In this document: positions 55,456 to 64,000 of the stretch, piece after piece
How positions within the stretch are numbered: the stretch's first letter is position 1
How the letters are laid out: each line of letters opens with the position of its first letter
NCBI GenBank assembly: GCA_024653945.1
Contig: JANLIT010000003.1
Location: 162,936-226,935 of the forward strand
Reading direction: 5' to 3'
Length of the DNA: 64,000 nucleotides
From: Candidatus Campbellbacteria bacterium
GTDB lineage: Bacteria > Patescibacteriota > Minisyncoccia > Phycocordibacterales > EsbW-18
Translations under genes and position numbers: made by a program
Notes under the pieces: model-generated
Told to the model about the DNA's origin: nothing
The model's input: only the letters and a program-made list of their open reading frames with translations
Databases searched by the model: none

Positions 55456-56736
55456 TTATCCTGTCCAGAAGAATGTGAGAATACTAAAGTCCGCAAGTGT
55501 AATTTCTCCGTCACTATTTAAATCAAACCGTGCTGGCACATTTTCTCTGTCATGCCAGTACGCAAGTATTGAAAAATCGGTCAGATTGACACGACCATTG
55601 TTATTAAAATCACCTCGGAGTACACGTGGTCCGTACTCATCAACAAATTTTAGCGCAACACCAAATGGACTTCGCATATCCCCTACCGCCGCGAGTGAGC
55701 GTAATGTTGTTTGCACTTGTGTAAGAAATTCCTTTGAGAAAAAGAATTCATAGAATCCTGTGTTTGAAGCAGTTGCGGTGCGTGTCTCTGCCCCTGCACC
55801 ACCTCGAGTAATGGTCACCACAACCACTGAGTTTGGAAGTGTTGAACCAACAACGCGCACCGTGGACGTATCGTCAGTTTTTTCAAATGAAATAGTGGGA
55901 GGAAGAAAAATTCCCTGTAATGACACGAGTAACCGCCGTGTATAAAAAACAACTGGAAATGAAAGCACTCCTGATTTTACCCCCTCATTATCAACTCCGT
56001 AGAGTGTCATGTTGTATGAGCCAAACGGTATATCGCTCAATGTGATGAGAAATGTTCCGTTGTTAGCAACAGGTATCTCTCCAACTCGTACGCCATCACG
56101 GAGAACAAACACTGTTCCGTCTGGATGTGCAAACCCACCAATAGAAAGGGTTCCTGATGTTGCAGTTTGCACGGTGCCACTTGTCCCACCATCATCATCG
56201 TCACCAGGCTCAGGCGGACTCCCTGGTATTGCAAGACTTGCTGGCGACGACGTGCCGATTGCATTTCCAAATGCGTCGTTCACCACCGTTACAAAGTAGT
56301 ACGTGGTGCCAAGTGTAAGTCCTGTTGAAGTTGCCACAAGGTCTGTTCCAACAGGTGTGTATGAGTACGGCCCAGAAGAGTTTGTGCCAATACCGTGCGT
56401 ATAACTCCCCACACTCCACCCGAGGTATGCCTGCGCAGGAGTCCATGTCACCACAGCTGTGGAAGTTCCCACCAATGACGCCGTTAAAACCGGAGTTGTA
56501 ACGAAAGGAAAATATAAAAATCCAGAGCGAACCTCGTAGAGAGCAGATGTACTTGTTGCAATTGCGGGTTGCGACACACTTCCCCACAATCCAAAGCTCG
56601 TTGATGTACCATACCCGCTTGAGAACATCACCGGATCAAGAACACGATAGCTTGGTGATGTGTACTCATCTGCACGCACAAAAACTGCTGTAAATATCGT
56701 TCCACACAAAAGAAAAATGAAGAAAAACCTTTTCAC
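55456..56736 (-). CDS. Secreted FnIII/Ig-like protein with a C-terminal dockerin-like domain
   Basis: Duplicated Ca-binding loops GDFNNNGRVNLTDFSIL and DLNSDGEITLADFSIL. Confidence 0.82.
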   Translation of the reverse strand: MKRFFFIFLLCGTIFTAVFVRADEYTSPSYRVLDPVMFSSGYGTSTSFGLWGSVSQPAIATSTSALYEVRSGFLYFPFVTTPVLTASLVGTSTAVVTWTPAQAYLGWSVGSYTHGIGTNSSGPYSYTPVGTDLVATSTGLTLGTTYYFVTVVNDAFGNAIGTSSPASLAIPGSPPEPGDDDDGGTSGTVQTATSGTLSIGGFAHPDGTVFVLRDGVRVGEIPVANNGTFLITLSDIPFGSYNMTLYGVDNEGVKSGVLSFPVVFYTRRLLVSLQGIFLPPTISFEKTDDTSTVRVVGSTLPNSVVVVTITRGGAGAETRTATASNTGFYEFFFSKEFLTQVQTTLRSLAAVGDMRSPFGVALKFVDEYGPRVLRGDFNNNGRVNLTDFSILAYWHDRENVPARFDLNSDGEITLADFSILTFFWTG

Positions 56737-56922
56737 AAAATAGCGCGGTTATTGTATTATCTCTAGGGTCACAGAGAATGGCTTCTTGTGCAGATTGGTA
56801 AATAAGCACTTTGTCCCCTTTTTTGCGTCTCTAAACGATTATGTGAGTACAAAAACCCCACATACCGATGTATTCAGTATATCACCCTACAAAATATCTG
56901 TGAGTGCTTATCCACGTCGTTT

Positions 56923-57438
56923 TTACTGGGATTCTTCGTTTGACCCGAGTGAGGCAACTTCAACAATAATATTTTCTGCAGGGTCATAGAGATACGCTTT
57001 TCGAGCAACCGCATAAAAAAGAACAATATTCCCCTCTTTTGCGTTTTTAAAAAAAGCCTGATCTTCAAGATTTGATGTATCACTCACCGTAGCAAGGACA
57101 GGCGTCTCTCCACTTGGCACATCAATGAGTTTCTGAACCCGTGCAACAACCTCTTTTGTTTTTTCTTCACTAAACGTCTGAGGATTTTGACGAAGCGAAT
57201 TCCATTCCTTATAAAAGTGTCCCGCTACACCAAATACACCGAGCAAAAGAATACAAAAGACAAGAAAAGTTATGCGAGAACGACCCTGAAGACGTCGTGG
57301 TTCATCCATCAATGAAGCCGAGCCTGAAATATCATATGTAGGTATTTGAGGTTCCTCAATAATTGTTGTTTCCGCACGAGTCGGAGCACGCATATCCATA
57401 TCATTATTTCTTTTTTTGGAGATTATTTTTCCTGCCAT
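56923..57438 (-). CDS. Conserved membrane-anchored hypothetical protein
   Basis: Paralog of 57444-57863 (KLI..P..E.P..ATVSD...L.DQ.FF..AK.G..VL.Y...KAYLYDP). Confidence 0.75.
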   Translation of the reverse strand: MAGKIISKKRNNDMDMRAPTRAETTIIEEPQIPTYDISGSASLMDEPRRLQGRSRITFLVFCILLLGVFGVAGHFYKEWNSLRQNPQTFSEEKTKEVVARVQKLIDVPSGETPVLATVSDTSNLEDQAFFKNAKEGNIVLFYAVARKAYLYDPAENIIVEVASLGSNEESQ

Positions 57439-57443
57439 ACAGC

Positions 57444-57863
57444 TTATTCTGTTTCTCCAGATGCCGCTCCTGACGTGTTGTCTGAAACATCTACTGACTC
57501 TTCGAGTCCTGCATCGGTATTTACACTAATGGGCGCCACTTCAAGGATTCGATTAACAATCGGGTCATATAAATAGGCCTTCTGTGCCTTTGCATATATC
57601 AACACCTTGTCTCCTATTTTTGCTTTTGCAAAAAAAGGTTGGTCTTTAAGTTTTTCTGGGTCGCTTACTGTTGCAATAGTAGGAACTTCATCTTTTGGAA
57701 GAATGATGAGTTTTCCAACAACCTTAACGAGTTCCTCAGCCTCTTCTTCTGCCACAGCCTGAGGATTCTGTTTTAATGTTGCTACTTCTCGGTAAAAATA
57801 AAACGCTACACCAAGAGCACCGACAAATACAAAAACAAAAATTATTACAAAGGATTTTTTCAT
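57444..57863 (-). CDS. Conserved membrane-anchored hypothetical protein
   Basis: Tandem paralog of 56923-57438. Confidence 0.75.
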   Translation of the reverse strand: MKKSFVIIFVFVFVGALGVAFYFYREVATLKQNPQAVAEEEAEELVKVVGKLIILPKDEVPTIATVSDPEKLKDQPFFAKAKIGDKVLIYAKAQKAYLYDPIVNRILEVAPISVNTDAGLEESVDVSDNTSGAASGETE

Positions 57864-57928
57864 ACAGGTATATCTATAATCCTATTATATAACGCATAGC
57901 GAGATGAACAAGAGTCCTTACATGCTTT

Positions 57929-58921
57929 TTAGTCTTGGCCATACTGTCTTTCTATCTCTTTATAAACAAATGTGGAGATGTCTTTAATTGCAGAAATAAG
58001 TTCTTGTGGATTTTCTCCACGAGTCATAATGCAGAGCATGTAAGGGTGATCTGGGAAGTAGACAACGCCACAATCATGGAATTGTTGGATATCATTAGTA
58101 ATTTTTCGCTCCCCAAATTTATGGGCAACGGTGATCTCCTCTGGAACTCCTGCACGAATTCCGCCTGTAAACGTGGTTTCGGTGAGTAATTTTAGGGCGT
58201 ACTCAGAGTGCGTCCGAGACAAAAAAGATGCATTAAAAAGAATGCGAAAAAAAATACTATAACGTCTCACTGAAAGTACTGCTTTTGGATCTGTAATAAG
58301 ACTGACATCAATACCAACCAATCGAAAGAGATCTTCCTGATATTTGCTTGGTAGACGATTATAGAGAAGGAGGAGGGCTTGGTTATCAGAATATCTAACC
58401 ATATTCTCAATGAGATCTTTCGCTGAGTACGTTTTTCCAATTTCAAGAGGGACAAGCGGAGCAAATTCTTGAGTAAATCCTAAGTCCATAGGTGTCTCAT
58501 ACAGAATCCTTTCTTCAAGTACATCTGGTTCATCTTCAGACCACTTAAGATATGCAATCATGACAGGAACCTTAAGAAGACTTGCTGGAGCATAGAGCTC
58601 CTGTTGATTTACACCAATCACAGGGCCGTTGTTTAAATCGCGGAAGTATACAGCGATATCGGAGATATTTGTTGATTCCTTTAATTCTTCAACAAAATCT
58701 TCCAGCTCTGGAGTAAAGTCCTCTTTACGAGAAGTGATTGTGGACACAGCAATCTCACACTCAAGAAGTGGGTTTGTAAGTTTTCCTCCCAAACGAAGTT
58801 CTGAGGAGAAATCGCTTAATTCTCTATTTGGAATAGTTTTTGAAATGTTACCCACAAAAAAACCAAGCACAAATAGAAGTACTCCACCAAGGTACATGAG
58901 GCTAATATTTGTTTTTTTCAC
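57929..58921 (-). CDS. Class A beta-lactamase-like serine hydrolase
   Basis: SxxK (ASLLK), SDN and HKFG motifs; N-terminal TM. Confidence 0.88.
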   Translation of the reverse strand: MKKTNISLMYLGGVLLFVLGFFVGNISKTIPNRELSDFSSELRLGGKLTNPLLECEIAVSTITSRKEDFTPELEDFVEELKESTNISDIAVYFRDLNNGPVIGVNQQELYAPASLLKVPVMIAYLKWSEDEPDVLEERILYETPMDLGFTQEFAPLVPLEIGKTYSAKDLIENMVRYSDNQALLLLYNRLPSKYQEDLFRLVGIDVSLITDPKAVLSVRRYSIFFRILFNASFLSRTHSEYALKLLTETTFTGGIRAGVPEEITVAHKFGERKITNDIQQFHDCGVVYFPDHPYMLCIMTRGENPQELISAIKDISTFVYKEIERQYGQD

Positions 58922-58947
58922 ACAATAAGTATACGTGGTTTCCGCTC

Positions 58948-58984
58948 AAACAAAAACACCCCTTTCATGTGGGTGTTTTTGTTT
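58948..58984 (-). terminator. Terminator after the giant surface protein gene
   Basis: AAACAAAAACACCC...GGGTGTTTTTGTTT. Confidence 0.75.
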
Positions 58985-58989
58985 ATTTT

Positions 58990-61900
58990 CTAGATTTCAG
59001 ACTCAGGTTCGGGAGTAGGCTCTGGTTCAGGTTCTGTGACAGGTTCCTCATCGGGAGTGGGTCCTGGAGTTAGTTCGGGTTCAGGTGTTGGTTCCGGCTC
59101 GGGTTCGGACTCGGGAAGAACTTCAGGATCTGGGTCAGGAATTACCTCAGGGTCTGGCACAACTTCGGGTTCAGGGATTATTTCAGGGTCTGGCTCGGGA
59201 AGAACTTCTGGTTCAGGTTCTGAGACAGGTTCTGAGACAGGTTCTTCCTCTGGTGCTGGTTCGGGTAGAACAATCTCGCCCAATCCTTCAGATTCAATCG
59301 TTCGCGCCCCTTTCACCGCAAGAGCTATCCAGTTGAACATTATGTCTTCCTCGGCTGGTTTGTTGAGGATAATAGTGAATCCTGTTGTAGACGCAGTATC
59401 AATAAGGAATCGTACGTCATTTCCAAAGAACGCTTGAATAACGGCCGCGCTCGCACCGTCTCCAGCTGAAATTCCATCAGATGTTGACATACTTGCGTTC
59501 ACCACCGGTTTCTCAAGATACTCTCTCTCGAATGGAATGTACACCTCGGAATCACCTTCCTGTATTATAGCGAATCCGGCAGTATCCGTTGTAAAGTACG
59601 GAGTTCCAAAGAAGATGACATCCGATTCAAAAAGTACCTGATCATTGAGTGCCGACACTGTATCGACAGTCAAACCTTCTGTAATGACATGTGGTGTGTA
59701 GATTTCAAACGCCGCAACAAGTCGGTCGGTAAATATCTCAGAATCAAGCTCTATGTCTCCACCTATACGTGCATCCTTAAGATATTCAAGGATTTGATGT
59801 GCCCCATCTTCTTCATCTTCATCATTAAGAATCTGCCCGGGTGTTGTTGTCGCGACTGTTTCAACAAGTGTAAACCCTTCGTTGCAAAGCCCATCGGCAT
59901 TTGTGCTCGTTGCTGTGCCAGTTTCATCAACACATGATGCAACAACCGCCGGTTCACCGACCACAAGACCTTCCTCCATCTCACTCATAAGAACAGACAG
60001 TGACATACCTGAGTAGTCAACGAGGTTGACGAAGACAAGTACCTGTCCACACTGTTTGCTTCCCTCTTCTGCATCAGGACAATCAACACGCATCTCAGGT
60101 GTAAAGTCCTCCATCACAACTCCAAGTACCCTGCCAGCCTTTGTTGCACGCATACCATATCCAGCACGTGATGATGTCGTAATACGATCCCCTGCTTTAA
60201 TTGAGCCGTTTTCAAGCGAAACGTTCACTGGCACACGACCGACAAGTGCAACAGGAAATGTATTTTCTGTCTGGGGACCGAGGATAATTCCAGGGTATGT
60301 TGCAACAACACCAATAACATCTCGTTGATATGTCTCCGTTGATGCCTTGACTCCGTTCGGAATTGCAGTATCAAGCCCAACGATTGTACCTGCTGTAAGT
60401 GCTTCTTGTGATGGATAGTACTCAGCAAGGTCAGCACCTCCGAGAAATCCTCCTTCTGGGGTTGTTCCAAGAAGTCCGTCCACCAAAAGCTCCATCGCAA
60501 TTGAGTTCAAGTTGTTGTTGATGAGGTCAATGGTTTGTTCAAGACTTTGATCCACTTTTTCAAGCCACAAGTGCTGTAGTGAGCCAATAGCAAGTGTTCC
60601 GTTAACTGCACCAATCGCCGTAACATCATCCGCGTCTCCCGCTGACCATGCAACCCCCGCATCAGTCGTCTTTCCTGCGTTTCCATGATATACATCTGTC
60701 ACATATGTATTTCCATACCCTTGGAACACGGTAACACCACCAACGTCCGAGCCATTACTTGTTCCCACATACATTTGTCGCATTTTTCCAATAAACGCGT
60801 TCTCAAAGACGGAAATTGACGTAACAGAGTCTGTGCCACCATAGAGTTGTTCTGGAATAACTTCAAAGTCTGATGTTGCATCAGGCGTTGTCGTCCATGC
60901 TGGAGAGACAGTAAGTGTTGTTGCGGTATTCGAGATGACCCGACGAGTTTGGTCAACACCAGTGTTTCCCGTAATCTCAACCAAACTCCCTGCAAACTGA
61001 TTAGGAGTCCACCCAGCACCTGTCTTTCCAATAGTTGTTCCAGAGAAGATATCTCCGTCTGTTTGGCGAGTTGAACTTCGTGATAATGCCTGCCTACCAG
61101 CAGCGTATTTACGTTTTACCTGTGCTTGTATGAGCGAACTGTCGGTTGTGGCGGCGGCGGCTGCAAAGTACACATCATCAATTTCTCCTGCCCAGAAGTC
61201 TGCTCCGGCCGCACCACCACCGTCGGCGCCAATAAAAAGAGGCTGTGAGGCGTCAAGAGTAAGTGTCGCTGCAAGTGTCGCATCACAGGCTACTGCAAGA
61301 CGGCCATCAATATACAGACAGATGGAGATGTCTGTGTTGACCGCCACAAGGTGGTGCCATTGGCCATCCGCGTAATCAAGCGTTGATATGACAGAGTCGT
61401 CGTATCCCGCCGTTGCCGCTGTGTCTTGAATACCATACACAATCTGTCCAGATGTATTCATTTCAACTCGATATCCAATACCCTCCGTACCGTTTAATGC
61501 GGTGTATCGCCTATCAACAAGCACATCGTTCGTGGTAACGGGATTTGTCGCGGAGTGCTTGAACCACAATTCAATCGTGGATGAGAGCAAACCGACGTTA
61601 AAGTCCGCGTCCGTGTCGCAGGTACCGTCATTGTTTGCATCAGAACACAGGTAATCACTCGTTCCATTGAATGAAAGACCTGTTCCGTACACACCGTCAA
61701 CACTATATGTTGGTGGGTCTTCCGCCTCAAGGATACTGTTTCGTATCGTGGAGTCTGTAAGGTCACCTGTTGTTTCATCAAAACCAAAGTATCCACGCGG
61801 TGTTCCTGACATATACCCTGTTTCACGGCTCGTTGAATAGAATTTTGACCATCCTATGTTTGTTGCACTCACCACTGCAATGTCATGAATTTGAGTCAAC

Positions 61901-63257
61901 CCTTGGCTGTGTCCAACAAACAAAACCTCTCCTTTTCCTGTTGTCTCAAGAATATCAGCATACGATTCACGCTCAAGAACCCAGAATGCATCGGGGTTTG
62001 TTGAAAATGTTGGAGCTGTCTTAAAGGCATGCGGTGTGTTTGCCGCCTGTTCATCCCAAATATCATTTGGTGCGTTGTCAATTGCGGTCGCGACTTCAAT
62101 ATCATCATAACGCTCAATTTCAGCAAGTGTCTCGTTAGTGAGATACAAACGTCCTCTCTTTGTGACCCATACTTGGTTTGTGTCGTCAGTAGCGGCACCG
62201 TCAGCGTAGCGAATAACTCTTCCTGCTGAAAGGTTAATGAGTGCCACCGATTGATCTGTTGCAGCGGCAATGAAGGTATTACCGTTCACCGCCAAGTTCA
62301 CACCACCTGTTGAACCTGATATGACAGCCCCGTGGACATCGTTAACAATGTTGTCTGTAATTGATAGATCAGTAATGGCATTTGTTGCATACGTAATAGC
62401 AGTGTTTCTCTTGGCTATGTCTTGATCGCCTTGTGTTCGGTCAACAGAGTCATAGTTAAAGAGTCGGTCTTGGAAGAAATCAAAAGCATACAGACCAGTA
62501 CCGCCCGTACCGTTTGTACCAACATACACAACACCATTGAGTGCAAAGACACCAGACGGGTTGTTGTTTGTGTCGGTTCCAAGGGCAAACGTACCACCCG
62601 TTTGTGTAAATCGCATCCACATGATATTTGTCATTGCATCAAAGATGTAGACATCAGTTGGCGTGGAAACGATAACCGCCTTTTTCGGGAATGAGGACGT
62701 TCCACAACGATCATCTGTTGTGGGAACACAAGGATCCCCAATTGCATCGTCCTTCGCTTCTATGTACCAGCTTTTTCCTATTGCCAAAAGATCGTTGGTC
62801 CATTTACCGGCATCGCTGTCCCTCGTTGTGTCGTATACGAATATCGAGTTAATCGTAGGAATTGATGTACTTGCGGTAAATCCTTTTTTGATGATTTCAC
62901 CGTACACCTCAATATCTGCGCGTGTTGTTTGGCTTCCCACATCCACAGCACCATTTTCCGCAACTGAGAAGAGGTCAGAACCCGCATCATCTTCAATAAG
63001 GAGCGGATACCCCGTCACTTGCGACTGGTCAACGAGAATATGAAGTCCATTACCTGTATTCGCGTTTGCATCCACAGCATCCATGGTGATTTGAAGAGCA
63101 TCCCCTGAAAACGTACCTCCCGTTGCTGAGTTTGCGGTAAGCTGCAACAAATCATGCGTCATTGCTGAACCTGCGGTTTCGGTAATCACAACAGGTGTCG
63201 CTGCCGCTGTCTCAATTGTTGCACCCGTATCGTATGCAGTCTGTAAACTACCCCCCC
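58990..63257 (-). CDS. Giant surface/fibre protein, C-terminal part (beta-rich region, LamG, autoproteolytic chaperone-like domain, Pro/Glu tail)
   Basis: LamG '[22 protein letters not shown]'; '[36 protein letters not shown]'; (PE)n tail. The protein-like sequence begins at the C7 tract. Confidence 0.8.
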
Positions 63258-64000
63258 TCCAGCTGATGATGTTGCTGCGGCTATCCATGCTCCAGCACTC
63301 CACATAAGCACTTGTCCTGGTGTTGCATTTCCTGCACTGGCAATAGTTGATGACGCGGTAATGTAATAGTCAGCCGATGTTGTTGAGAAGGCTCCATCTG
63401 CGGCACCAATAATGTTGAGTGTGGATGTTGCGACCGAAACCCACTTGCTTCCATTCCAAGAAATAAGGTTGCCAGAGGTGATGCCTGATGGATTTGCGAT
63501 TGTTGACGATGCGTTGATATATGTAGCAACTCGGGTGTCAGTGTAGAAAAGATTGGTGGCGCCGAGAGTAATATCGTCAGCAAGAATTTTGAATGTTGAT
63601 GTTGCAGCAGAAATCCACGCGCTTCCGTTCCACGAAATAACATTGCCTGTTATTGCATTACCCGCATGAGCAATGGTGCTTGATGCCCCAATGTAATAGT
63701 CGGCTGATGTTGTTGAGAATGTTCCGTCACCAACAGCTGTGATGTTGAGTGTTGAGGTGGCAACAGAGACCCATTTCGTTCCATTCCACTGGATGAGATT
63801 GCCTGAGGTTATACCACTTGGATTGGCAATGGTACTTGATGCATTGATATATGTGGCAACACGAGTATCCGTGTAGAAAAGGTTGGTGGCACCCAGCGTG
63901 ATGTCGTCAGCAAGAATCTTAAATGTGGAGGTTGCGGCCGATATCCACGCACTTCCATTCCAAGAAATGACGTTTCCTGTTACCGCATTCCCCACATGTG
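63251..64000 (-). CDS. Giant surface protein, upstream part with 110-aa tandem repeats (open at the window edge; frameshifted relative to the downstream part)
   Basis: 330-bp period (GNA units start at 63992 and 63662); WNGS.W..ATST motifs. Confidence 0.8.

Noticed and set aside
57929-58921. Bona fide antibiotic-resistance beta-lactamase
   Set aside because: No clear omega-loop ExxLN motif; more likely a cell-wall-related serine hydrolase.
59000-59270. Repetitive DNA and the Gly/Ser-rich plus-strand ORF 59036-59437
   Set aside because: Explained by the Pro/Glu low-complexity tail of the minus-strand protein.

Overview
A 64-kb chromosomal segment that looks like a Candidate Phyla Radiation bacterium (Patescibacteria, probably Parcubacteria). 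This assignment is inferred from gene content and style: compact housekeeping genes, a full type IV pilus locus, S-layer-like and cohesin/dockerin surface proteins, and no central metabolism. Most genes are on the minus strand. Housekeeping genes: prfB (partial), rmuC, P-type ATPase, yqeY, ftsK, recA, efp, rpsR-ssb-rpsF, tatD, gatCA, ligA, recO, ileS, a mutY-like gene and msrB. There is a pilM-N-O-(P)-B-T-C-A-D plus minor-pilin cluster with comF, six tRNA genes (one interrupted by a group I intron next to an HTH-LAGLIDADG-like ORF), three orphan cassettes that look foreign, and a giant frameshifted surface protein. The most unusual signals are non-coding. (1) Three tRNA genes (Met/Ile-CAT, Asp, Ser) are flanked by direct and antisense copies of their own ends, arranged around structured cassettes, and these copies co-vary with tRNA identity. 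(2) A window-wide system of 7-bp-periodic arrays, often in inverted pairs and with several different unit sequences, occurs between genes, flanks a gene, forms the leaders of four minor pilins and is inserted in frame in essential genes. (3) A winged-helix gene next to ftsK carries nine copies of one 8-bp motif. (4) Many promoters have leaderless architecture, including that of the initiator tRNA. All alignments and counts were done by eye; no database searches were run.
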